A stretch of DNA of 64,000 bases from Deltaproteobacteria bacterium (GTDB lineage Bacteria > Desulfobacterota > Binatia > UBA1149 > SPBQ01). The notes below the pieces were generated by a model. It did not search any database. It had not been told where the DNA came from and saw only the letters and a program-made list of their open reading frames with translations. The stretch is from contig JAJCZM010000026.1 of the NCBI GenBank assembly GCA_029262375.1, forward strand, positions 40,198-104,197. The letters run 5' to 3'. A program made the translations under genes and the position numbers. Below, piece by piece: positions 52,260 through 60,995 of the stretch (position 1 is the first letter of the stretch; each line of letters opens with the position of its first letter).

Positions 52260-53324
52260 TCAGCGTCCCAGCAGCCGACTGCCCGGTGCACAGGCTTCGA
52301 GTAGACTGCGCCGCTGTTGCGCCTCCAGCTTGTCCACACGCGTGGGCACCGCGCCACGAACGAGCTTCGTGCCGCGCTCAATCCAACCGTCGATTTCCGC
52401 ATCGAGTTCGAAGAACCTCGCGATACGTTCCAGCCAACGCGCCGGCTCCGCCACCAGCCGTTCGAACGGCACGCTTAGCACGCGCTCGGCAGGCAAGTCG
52501 TTCAGCCCCGACATTCCCTTCACAACCTGGTCGTTCCAGTAGCGTCCGAAGTATTGCGCCGGCGGGCGCGACTCGAGAATTCTCGTGATGGGATCGTCAC
52601 CGCTCGGCGGCGCCGCAACATCGATCGTACCGAGGGCGGAGATCGGCGTGCCGTCATCGAGCGGTGCATCGTACAGAAGGCAGATCGGGAGCCGATAGGC
52701 GTGATGTTCGCGCATCGAGAGCGCGGTCTCGCCGCCGTCGCGATGCAGATGCACGAACCGCGCATTCGGAAAGAGCCGTGCCAACTCGTGGGCGTATTCA
52801 ACCGACGATCCTGATCGCTCGATCCAGTGACGGCGACCGCACCGCTCGCCCAGCCATTCGAACATGCGCCGGTAGTGCGCGACCGGCGCTGAAGGCGGCG
52901 CCGCGTCGAGATATTCGACGAGCTGCTCAAACAACGTATCGGGATCTTCCGTCAGACGCGGCAGCATCGATACCAAGATCCACGGCAACGGTTCATCGCG
53001 CCGGTAACGGCCCGCTGCGCGATTCGATCGCTCGCCCGGATCGTCGACCGGATCGTCGACCGATTCATTGAAGGGATAGGTGATCTCGGCAACCTCGTAA
53101 CCACGCCGCAGCACGGCCGTCACGAACGGCTGCTCGGCCGTTACCAATCGACGAAACGCGGGGCCGTCAATGGGGTCGCTAGAGAATCTTCGCGACCAAT
53201 CCAAGCCCGTGAAGAACTCGAACAGGCTGAGCACTTCGGGATGCTCGCCAAGCATGCGCGAGAGCAACGTCGAGCCGCAGCGCCCCGTGCCGACGATGAA
53301 TCTTTCTGGTGACTGACCGGTCAT
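52260..53324 (-). CDS. sulfotransferase-family protein
   Basis: 5'-PSB-like P-loop FIVGTGRCGSTLLSRML near the N-terminus (start MTGQSPERF). The track ORF extends upstream and is probably spurious. Confidence 0.7.
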   Translation of the reverse strand: MTGQSPERFIVGTGRCGSTLLSRMLGEHPEVLSLFEFFTGLDWSRRFSSDPIDGPAFRRLVTAEQPFVTAVLRRGYEVAEITYPFNESVDDPVDDPGERSNRAAGRYRRDEPLPWILVSMLPRLTEDPDTLFEQLVEYLDAAPPSAPVAHYRRMFEWLGERCGRRHWIERSGSSVEYAHELARLFPNARFVHLHRDGGETALSMREHHAYRLPICLLYDAPLDDGTPISALGTIDVAAPPSGDDPITRILESRPPAQYFGRYWNDQVVKGMSGLNDLPAERVLSVPFERLVAEPARWLERIARFFELDAEIDGWIERGTKLVRGAVPTRVDKLEAQQRRSLLEACAPGSRLLGR

Positions 53325-53345
53325 GAGAAAAGACACCCGCGCTAG

Positions 53346-53399
53346 ATGTATCAGATGTGTCAGCTCTGTCAGGTCTCTCAGGCCTCTCAGGCCTCTGAC
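53346..53399. repeat. degenerate 9-bp tandem array x6 (nnnntntcag) in the divergent region between the sulfotransferase gene and the downstream hypothetical gene
   Basis: atgtatcag atgtgtcag ctctgtcag gtctctcag gcctctcag gcctctgac. The period is exactly 9. It starts 22 nt from the sulfotransferase start codon. Confidence 0.55.
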
Positions 53400-54701
53400 G
53401 GGTGGACTCACTGTGATCACTCTGCGAGGCTCGCGGCCGACGTGAGCACGCAAGGCAACGACCCGCAAGATATGCAAGATAAGGGTGTTACGGATTCTAC
53501 AGTTGATACGGGCGAAATCTGGCAGCGGTTGTGCCGCAGTGTCGAGAATCTGAATCGACGCATCATGGTAAACGCCGACGAAGACCCGAGCGGCACCGAG
53601 CAGGCGCAGGGTCTGCGCTACGCCGCCGACCTTCTCGCAGCCGGCATCACGGTCTGCATCGAACACGGCGACGCGGACCATCCCGAGTTCTGTCGCATGA
53701 TCGACCACAGCATGAAGTGGGGACTGGACGCACCCGACTGTCTCTACTTGCTCGCAAGCATAAGCGGCCGTCATCGTTACCGAATCACGGGCCACGCAGG
53801 CAGCGCCGCACACATGGACATTCAGGCGAACTGGGGGCACTTCGCCGAAGGCGACATCTCGAAGTGGGGAACGATCTCATCGATCGATTCGACCAGTCTC
53901 GTCACAGCCGCCGACGGCACCGTCGAGATCACCTTGGGCGACGGCACACCGGGAACGAACCATCTCGCACTCGATCAGCGCGCCGAGTTCGTACTCGTCC
54001 GGCAGTATTTCGGGGACTGGTCACGCGAACGCCCGGCCAACCTGACCATCGAACGCATCGGCCAGGGCCCGGCGCCGGATGCGCCGCAGATCACCGACAT
54101 GCAGCAGCGCTACGCACGCCTGTGCGACTGGCTCGATAAGAGCGGAGCGCTTTGGGAACAAATGAGCCAAGGCATGCTCACCATGGAACCGAACACCGTG
54201 TTCTCCAACGACCCTCAGCTCAGCAGCGAACGCTCGGGGATGCGCGGACAGATCTACTGCATGGGAAACTTCGCGTGCGCACCCGACGAAGCCGTGGTGA
54301 TCGAATTCGTGCGGCCGCGTGCGAAGTTCTGGACCGTCGGGCTGGCGAACTACTACTGGCAGAGTCTGGACTACGAGACACGACAGAGTTCGCTCAACAT
54401 GACCCAGGTACAGATCGACGACAGCCAGCACGGCGACGTCGGCGACGACATGGTCCGACTCGTCATCGCGCACGGCGACCCGGGGGTGGCGAACTGGCTC
54501 GACCCCTGCGGTCGGCACACCGGCACGCTCATCATCCGCTGCCTACTCGCCGACGCACCCATCTCACCCAAGCTCACGCTGGTCGCGCGCACGGGGCTCG
54601 ACGATCTACTTCCGCAAGCGACGCGTCGCGTGGATAGAAAAACTCGCGCGGCCCGGCTTCGAGCCCGCCACGCGGGCGTGCTCGCACGATACACTCGGTA
54701 G
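53346..54701 (+). CDS. hypothetical protein (about 400-450 aa), no family recognised; true start probably downstream (e.g. MQDKGV)
   Basis: Long ORF with a coding-like composition. The N-terminal 18 codons coincide with the 9-bp repeat array. Confidence 0.4.
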   Translation: MYQMCQLCQVSQASQASDGWTHCDHSARLAADVSTQGNDPQDMQDKGVTDSTVDTGEIWQRLCRSVENLNRRIMVNADEDPSGTEQAQGLRYAADLLAAGITVCIEHGDADHPEFCRMIDHSMKWGLDAPDCLYLLASISGRHRYRITGHAGSAAHMDIQANWGHFAEGDISKWGTISSIDSTSLVTAADGTVEITLGDGTPGTNHLALDQRAEFVLVRQYFGDWSRERPANLTIERIGQGPAPDAPQITDMQQRYARLCDWLDKSGALWEQMSQGMLTMEPNTVFSNDPQLSSERSGMRGQIYCMGNFACAPDEAVVIEFVRPRAKFWTVGLANYYWQSLDYETRQSSLNMTQVQIDDSQHGDVGDDMVRLVIAHGDPGVANWLDPCGRHTGTLIIRCLLADAPISPKLTLVARTGLDDLLPQATRRVDRKTRAARLRARHAGVLARYTR

Positions 54702-55096
54702 AATTCCGATTCGGCTCAGAAAGATGGGCACAGACCTGCGCTGTGCTGTAGCAATGCGCAACGCGCCGGACCCGACACACGTCGCATTTTTCCAACGTAC
54801 CGCTGGAACATTGGTACGCTAGATATAGACGTCCGCCTCATCACAAACCCGAGCGGACACAGGGCGGGGGAAAATGCAGAAATTCGCAAGTGACGCGAAC
54901 ATGAGTTCGAACATCTGGGTTCTGGTCTTCGCGGCTGCCGTCGTGATGGTCGCCGTTATCTCGCAGCTTACGGATACGGCGACATGTTATCGCGTTCCGG
55001 GATGCATGTTCTTCCGCGGATTCCTGGGTCCCGGCGTCGGGAACATAGGCTTCTAGTTCCCGACGAAAGCGCCGACCGCGCGAGTTCGCGCGGCGC

Positions 55097-58000
55097 CTAA
55101 CCGCCGTACACCCAGCCCGAACAGATCTCGAACTCAGCCGCACAATTCGATTCGACGCAGCTCAAGCAGCCGCTACTCGATGGGTTCAGACAGTTCAGCG
55201 CGCAGTTCGAAGCAGCGCAGCCGCCCGTTCCACCGTAGCAATCGGCGCAGGCTGCGCTGAGACCGGTGTTGTTCTGTAGACCGGTCGAAATGCACGACGA
55301 GTTGCCGGTACACGACAATCCCAACGATTCGGCTTCCGCCCCCAAGTTGACCGACGCACGCACCGTCTCATCTTCCGGATTCAAACAATTGTCGCCGAGT
55401 ACCTCTGCAAGGCAGATGGTGTAATCGGTGCCGGCCGTCCCCAGCGACGCGATATCGGTGTACACCCGATATACCTGGCCACCGTTCACGGGCACCAAAC
55501 CACTGGCCGCGCTTCCGCCCACCGGAACCGGAGAAGGCGATGCTCCCGCCGCCGAGTTCGCGAGTAGCGAGCCGGGCTGACCGTCGTAAATGCCGGCGCC
55601 GAGCAATCCGCCGCCGCCGTCATGGAAGAGCGTGAGCCTCACGTTGGTAGAAGTCGGCGGCTGGAACAGTACGTCTTCGTCGCCGCCGGATATCGGACCC
55701 GCGAGGTCGACGACGTTGCCGTCGCCATCGGTAACGTTGCTAGAGAAACAACTCCCGATTTCCACACGACGCGCGGAGCGCACACAGACGTTGTAGGAAC
55801 CTGTTCCGGCGCCGGTTACGTCGCACACTTCCACTGTGTAGGTCGATCCGGAGTTGACGAGCGTGAGGCCCGTGCTGCCGGTCTGACCAACCGGAACGTT
55901 TCCGGTCGACGACAAGGTCGAAGCACCGAGCTTGAGTTCCCCACGCGCGAGTAGTGTGTCGCCGAAGTCGTTGTGCAGTTCTACGAAGACTTCCTCGGTC
56001 ACATGCACCGGGAACGAGAACGTATCGCAGTCGCTGCCGAACAGCGGAATGCTGTCATCGCGGCAAGAATCGGTGACGAGCTGGCCGGATTCCAACGTAC
56101 ACGTGGCACTACAGCCGTCGCCGCCGGTCTGGTTGCCGTCGTCGCAAACTTCGCCGCCGAGCACCAAGCCGTCGCCGCAACCGGCCTCGACCACACACAC
56201 CTCGTAGTTTCCGAAGGTGTCAAAGTCGGACGTATCGACCTGCAAGGTGTACTGAGTTCCGCCTGCGACGGCGAAGGGCGCCGTGACGCGTTCGGTGAAC
56301 GTGAATGCATCGGGTGTTTCGCTACCCGACACCGGCGTCGCGCCGTTGTACAGCGCTGCGGCCATCGTAGACGTGCCGCTCAGATTGCGCAGACGAACGA
56401 TGACGTTGGTCGAAGCAGGCGTCGTTAGGCGCACGCCTCTGTCGCCGCCGGCGCCGCTCGCACCGGCGATCTGAACGTCGTCACCGTCGCCGTTGCCGAC
56501 CGAGCCTGTCGTACAATCGCCGAGCGCTACGGTCGGCGCATCGAGAATGCAGACCTGGTACGGCCCGAACGTATCGGTCACCGCGCTATCGACATAAAGA
56601 TAGTAGGTGCCGGCTCCGAGCGAGGTCGGTCCGCCGGTACCGTTCTGACCGGCGACTACCGGTCCCGTGCCAAGTCCGGCAACGGCGCTACCCGCGTCGC
56701 CGGGCGTCGTCACCAACGAGGCTTCGAGGACGGTGGTCGCCCCCTGTTGATTGGTGAGTTCGATGAACACATCCTGTGTACTCGCCAACGTAAACACGTA
56801 GCCATCGTCACTGCCGCTCGGCGAACCGGCGAGGTCGATGCCGTCGGCATCGAGGAACGGATCGATGTAGCCGTTCGAACACGAATCGAAATCGATGACC
56901 GTCGTCGGGGCCGAACAGACCGAGCCGACGCATTCGCCCGAGACACAGTCGTCGCCGATCAGACAATTGTCCCCAAGCGCACACGGATTGCAGGAGCCGC
57001 CGCAATCGAGATCGGTTTCGTCGCCGTTGATCATTCCGTCAGAGCACGATGTGGGTGGAGGCGGATCGCCGAGCCCCGAGCATGCATCGAACGCGGGAAT
57101 GCAGTTGGCATCCAAACAGGTCCGGCATGGCGGCGAGCTCTGGTCGATCGCACAGACGCTCGCGCAGTTGAACAGTCCGCACTCTGAAGAATTGCCGTAG
57201 CACTGCGCGCATCCGCTGCTCAGCCCGGTCGCTGTAACGACGCAGGCGGCGACGCATGACGGAATGTTCGGGTCGGACAAACATCCAACGGTACACGGCA
57301 CTGCTTCGGCTTCGATGTCGAAGCTCATGTGCACGGCCTCGTCGGGCGCGTTGTCGCAGGCGCCACTCGGCGGAAGTGTCGTCGTCGTAGTCGTGGTAGT
57401 CGTCGTCGTGTCCAGCGTCGTCGTCGTGGTCGTCGTCGCGCCGATGTTGCCGGTACACACGTCGAAGGCAGGAATGCAGTTTGCTTCCACGCACGCGATG
57501 CATGCCGGCGCGGTTTGGCTGACAGCGCATTCCCCCGCGCAATTGAGTACGCCGCACTCCGCGGAGTTGCCGTAGCACACAGAACAGGGACCGCTCAGGC
57601 CGGTTGCCAGCGAAACGCAATCGCCGATGCACAGTGCGATATCGGGGGCACTCAGGCAGCCGAAGGTGCAGGTAGTGGTTTCCTCCTGTTCGTCGATCGC
57701 CGCGAGAATGGTTTCATCCGGAACGTTCGTACACGCGCCCTGCCCTCCGGGCAGTGTCGTCGTGGTAGTAGTAGTGGTGGTGGTGGTCGTCGTCGTCGCG
57801 CTACCCATCGTCGTCGTCGTCGCAATAGGCGCATCGGCGCAGAGGTCGAACGCGGGGATACAGTGCGTATCGAGACACGCGACGCAGGCCGGGGAATTTT
57901 GGTTGAGCACGCACTCGGCCGCACAGTTCTGGAAGCCGCACTCCGCCGACTCGCCGTAGCACAGCGAGCAACCCGCACTCAGTCCGGTTGCGGTAGAGAG

Positions 58001-59149
58001 GCAGGCACCGACGCATACGCCGATATCGGGAGCACCGAGGCATCCGAAAGTGCAGGTCGTGGTTTCGGCTTGAATATCCGTGCCGGCCGCGACCGCTTCA
58101 TCGGGCGGATTCGCGCAGGTAGTCAGAGGAATCTCGCCGGCGCCGCAGCTGGCGTTGATCGTGCCGTCGTCGAACGCGTCGCAGTCAAGGTCGAGACCTC
58201 CCATGCGTTTGAGCATGCCGCAGACGCGACAGTCGACCGCATTGGTGATGCAGGTGGTCAGCGCGGAGACATCCGCTGAGCTACCGCAGCCGGCCGGAAA
58301 GGCCACCGCGTAGTCCACGCCGGCACAGCGTGACGCGACCGTGGTCGCGAGCTTGCCGAGCTGCTTGCCGACCTTCGGGTTCACGCCGTCGGGTACCACC
58401 GACTGCACACAGCTCTCGATACCGACCTGATCGATGATCGAGCCGATCTTCAGCCCCGTCTTCTGACAGCTACTGAATGCACGCAGCTTCGTGGCGATGA
58501 GTTTTTCGTAGTCCTTGTGGACGCGCTGCTGGCAAGCGCTCCCGAGTGAGTCCGTATCGGGAACAACTCCGGCGCTCAGATCGACACCGAACAGATCCTG
58601 CGACACCCCGGCGTCCTCATCGACGGCGGCATCGTTGACGGTATCGGCATCGGTAAATCCGTACGAGATGGCTGCGCCGCACAGACTCGCTTCCGTCGTT
58701 TCTGTCTTGGTACGCGACTTCGCTACTTTGCCGCGAAGGTCGCGGGTCCAACACTGCGGGCCGGTTACAGCCGTGAGAAGCCCACGCGAGCCGTCGCGCA
58801 GACAGCTACGTACTTCTTTCCCCTCGGCCTTTACGACTTTCGTGGCGCGCAGGAAGACCTTGTTCACGCACTTCTGCTGGATCGAGTTGAGAGCCTGGGC
58901 TTCCGCCGGGACCGGCGCGGCTATCAATAAAATCGCCGCTATCGGCGCGGCTCTTAAAATCGCCGCTGTCGGCGCGGCTCTTAAAATCGCCGCTATTGGC
59001 GCGGCTCTTAGAATCGCCGCTATCGGCGCGGCTCTTAGAATCGCCGCTATCGGCGCGGCTCTTAGAATCGCCGCTGTCGGCGCGGCTCTTAGAATCGCCG
59101 CTGTCGCGAGTGTGGGGAGTATAGGGATGGACCGGAACGGGTGGATCAT
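55097..59149 (-). CDS. giant secreted cysteine-rich repeat protein with poly-Thr linkers, 4 PPC-like domains and a Myxococcales-type Cys-rich repeat
   Basis: 4 copies of a ~75-aa 10-Cys module (CTFGCL...GLS..C..CYG.S.ECG..NCA..C...C..C...CIPAFD.C). Poly-Thr runs up to 14 residues. CGDGLVLGGEVCDDGNQTGGDGCSATC matches the myxobacterial Cys-rich repeat. PPC-like DxxYxF...Y.VC..E units. Signal-peptide-like AAILLIAAPVPAEAQA follows the N-terminal repeats. Confidence 0.75.
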   Translation of the reverse strand: MIHPFRSIPILPTLATAAILRAAPTAAILRAAPIAAILRAAPIAAILRAAPIAAILRAAPTAAILRAAPIAAILLIAAPVPAEAQALNSIQQKCVNKVFLRATKVVKAEGKEVRSCLRDGSRGLLTAVTGPQCWTRDLRGKVAKSRTKTETTEASLCGAAISYGFTDADTVNDAAVDEDAGVSQDLFGVDLSAGVVPDTDSLGSACQQRVHKDYEKLIATKLRAFSSCQKTGLKIGSIIDQVGIESCVQSVVPDGVNPKVGKQLGKLATTVASRCAGVDYAVAFPAGCGSSADVSALTTCITNAVDCRVCGMLKRMGGLDLDCDAFDDGTINASCGAGEIPLTTCANPPDEAVAAGTDIQAETTTCTFGCLGAPDIGVCVGACLSTATGLSAGCSLCYGESAECGFQNCAAECVLNQNSPACVACLDTHCIPAFDLCADAPIATTTTMGSATTTTTTTTTTTTTTLPGGQGACTNVPDETILAAIDEQEETTTCTFGCLSAPDIALCIGDCVSLATGLSGPCSVCYGNSAECGVLNCAGECAVSQTAPACIACVEANCIPAFDVCTGNIGATTTTTTTLDTTTTTTTTTTTLPPSGACDNAPDEAVHMSFDIEAEAVPCTVGCLSDPNIPSCVAACVVTATGLSSGCAQCYGNSSECGLFNCASVCAIDQSSPPCRTCLDANCIPAFDACSGLGDPPPPTSCSDGMINGDETDLDCGGSCNPCALGDNCLIGDDCVSGECVGSVCSAPTTVIDFDSCSNGYIDPFLDADGIDLAGSPSGSDDGYVFTLASTQDVFIELTNQQGATTVLEASLVTTPGDAGSAVAGLGTGPVVAGQNGTGGPTSLGAGTYYLYVDSAVTDTFGPYQVCILDAPTVALGDCTTGSVGNGDGDDVQIAGASGAGGDRGVRLTTPASTNVIVRLRNLSGTSTMAAALYNGATPVSGSETPDAFTFTERVTAPFAVAGGTQYTLQVDTSDFDTFGNYEVCVVEAGCGDGLVLGGEVCDDGNQTGGDGCSATCTLESGQLVTDSCRDDSIPLFGSDCDTFSFPVHVTEEVFVELHNDFGDTLLARGELKLGASTLSSTGNVPVGQTGSTGLTLVNSGSTYTVEVCDVTGAGTGSYNVCVRSARRVEIGSCFSSNVTDGDGNVVDLAGPISGGDEDVLFQPPTSTNVRLTLFHDGGGGLLGAGIYDGQPGSLLANSAAGASPSPVPVGGSAASGLVPVNGGQVYRVYTDIASLGTAGTDYTICLAEVLGDNCLNPEDETVRASVNLGAEAESLGLSCTGNSSCISTGLQNNTGLSAACADCYGGTGGCAASNCALNCLNPSSSGCLSCVESNCAAEFEICSGWVYGG
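58912..59106 (-). repeat. 27-bp in-frame VNTR (about 6.5 copies) encoding AAILRAAP[I/T] at the extreme 5' end of the giant-protein ORF
   Basis: Unit atcgccgct[ag]t[ct]ggcgcggctctta[ag]a, with near-identical copies. It lies between the only upstream ATG (59147-59149) and the signal-peptide-like hydrophobic segment. Confidence 0.8.
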
Positions 59150-59306
59150 CGACGCGAGTCTCCCGTCGCCTCGCGACGACTACGTGAACGGAAAATAGCA
59201 GGCATTGGATGCCCTGGCCGCGCGCGGGGCCCGACCACTCGCAACGACTACATCCTGAAACAGGTTCTACGGCCCCAAAGCCCGTGATGTCAAGGGATTC
59301 CCAAAG

Positions 59307-59330
59307 CCTAACAAACATTTGTTTGTTAGG
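59307..59330. promoter_or_regulatory. 24-bp perfect AT-rich palindrome (11-2-11), candidate operator in the divergent region between the giant-protein gene and the tesA-like operon
   Basis: cctaacaaaca-tt-tgtttgttagg. It shares the 10-mer tgtttgttag with the TetR promoter spacer at 48772-48781. Confidence 0.45.
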
Positions 59331-59430
59331 GGCGAGTATCTCTCTGCGAGCGCGTCGGAGGGTTCGGGCGGCAGCGCCACCCGAAGGAGTGGGGGTCGCG
59401 GGCGAGCCCATCAGCCGCAGGCCTCGGACG

Positions 59431-59510
59431 AGCCGACAGGCGTTCCCAGCAGCCGACAGGCGTTCCCAACAGCCGACAGGCGTTCCCAGGAGCCTACGCG
59501 TTCCCAAAGG
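59431..59510. repeat. 20-bp minisatellite x3.5 (agccgacaggcgttcccagc)
   Basis: Three near-perfect copies plus one degenerate copy. The period is not a multiple of 3, so it is non-coding and lies upstream of the tesA-like gene. Confidence 0.7.
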
Positions 59511-59532
59511 AGCCGAGGGCCAGGCTCGGCGG

Positions 59533-60243
59533 ATGCCTCCGAACGATCGTGCGCTGGATTCGCGGCTCCCGTCGACCTTGCTAAGGTCACTCGTCGTGCG
59601 ACCGTTTCTTCGTTGCTTGTCAGCGGCCGTATTGGCCTCGTTCTCAGTATGCGCCTCGCCGTCAGGAGCCGAACCGCTGGTCGTTTGCCTCGGCGACTCG
59701 CTGACCGAGGGCTACGGAATCGATCCCGCGAAGTCCTACCCCGCCCTACTCGAGAAACTTTTGGCTGAGCGTGGCTGGCCCGATGTCGAAGTCGTCAACG
59801 CCGGTATCAGCGGCTCGACCTCGGCGAGCGGACGCGCACGTCTGCAGTGGCAGCTACGCCGCAAGCCCGACGTGTTGATCATCGCGCTTGGCGCAAACGA
59901 TGGACTGCGCGGCGTCGAGCTCGACGCGAGCAAGAAGAATCTTGCGTCGATCGTTGAACTCGCGCAGGCAAACGAGATTACCGTGCTGCTGGCAGGCATG
60001 AAGCTACCGCCCAATTACGGCGCCGAGTACACGCAACAGTTCGAGCGCATGTACGGCGAGCTCGCGTCCGAATTCGACGTCACGCTACTCCCCTTCTTGC
60101 TGAAGGATGTCGCCGCGCGCCCGAAGCTGAACCTGCCCGATGGCATTCACCCGAACGCCGAGGGCTACGCGATCGTCGCCTCGACGGTTGCCGATGCGGT
60201 CGCACCTCTTCTCAAGCCCATAACTGCTGTTGGTAACTCATGA
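59533..60243 (+). CDS. tesA: SGNH/GDSL arylesterase, TesA (thioesterase I/lysophospholipase L1)-like, secreted
   Basis: GDSLTEGYG block I, GANDG block III, DGIHPN block V. Signal peptide. The start is ambiguous (59533 or an internal GTG). Confidence 0.8.
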   Translation: MPPNDRALDSRLPSTLLRSLVVRPFLRCLSAAVLASFSVCASPSGAEPLVVCLGDSLTEGYGIDPAKSYPALLEKLLAERGWPDVEVVNAGISGSTSASGRARLQWQLRRKPDVLIIALGANDGLRGVELDASKKNLASIVELAQANEITVLLAGMKLPPNYGAEYTQQFERMYGELASEFDVTLLPFLLKDVAARPKLNLPDGIHPNAEGYAIVASTVADAVAPLLKPITAVGNS

Positions 60244-60983
60244 CGTCAGGCGGCGTTCTCCAACCGTCCGCGGGTGATGCCGCTCAGGTCCGCGCTCGCG
60301 GCGTGACGAAGCATTTCGCAACGCCCGCCGGAACGGTCGACGTCTTGCGCGGCGTCGAACTCGATGTCGAACGCGGCGAAACCGTTGCAATTGTCGGCGA
60401 ATCGGGAAGCGGGAAATCGACGCTGCTCGCCCTACTGGCCGGGCTCGACACGGCCAGCGCGGGAACACTCGAAGTCGGCGGGATCGATCCGGGCAGCATG
60501 GACGAAGCCGGTCTGGCAGGGTTCCGTGCGCATACGATCAGCATCGTGTTCCAACATTTCCACCTCATGAAGAGCCTCACTGCACTGGAGAACGTGCGGC
60601 TTCCCTTGGAGCTGCGCGGCGACGCCGATATCGCTGGACGCGCCGAGCGCGCGCTGGCCGATGTCGGCTTGGCCGCACGCCAAAGCCATTTCCCGGCACA
60701 GATGAGCGGCGGCGAGTGTCAACGCGTCGCGCTTGCACGCGCCATGGTCACGACACCACGCCTGCTCTTGGCAGACGAACCAACAGGCAATCTGGACGAG
60801 AAAACAGGACGTCGCGTGATGGACCTGTTGTTCGACGTCGTCGCATCGACGGGCACGACGCTGATTCTGGTAACGCATAGCGAGATCCTCGCCGCCCGAT
60901 GCGCGCGCACCCTGACGCTGAGCAACGGCGTACTGCTTCCCGCAACCGCGGACGCCCGCGCAGGCGCAGGCGCCGGCAATTGA
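60240..60983 (+). CDS. ybbA: ABC transporter ATP-binding protein (YbbA/LolD-like)
   Basis: Walker A GESGSGKST, signature MSGGECQRVALARA, Walker B LLLADEPTGNLD. Start overlaps the tesA stop (ATGA). Confidence 0.85.
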   Translation: MTSGGVLQPSAGDAAQVRARGVTKHFATPAGTVDVLRGVELDVERGETVAIVGESGSGKSTLLALLAGLDTASAGTLEVGGIDPGSMDEAGLAGFRAHTISIVFQHFHLMKSLTALENVRLPLELRGDADIAGRAERALADVGLAARQSHFPAQMSGGECQRVALARAMVTTPRLLLADEPTGNLDEKTGRRVMDLLFDVVASTGTTLILVTHSEILAARCARTLTLSNGVLLPATADARAGAGAGN

Positions 60984-60995
60984 AGAACTAGTTCG

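Noticed and set aside
55060-55096. Hairpin ccgcgcga-gt-tcgcgcgg immediately 3' of the giant-protein stop as a rho-independent terminator
   Set aside because: There is a plausible stem but no U-tract. It may be a convergent terminator, but the evidence is too weak to call.
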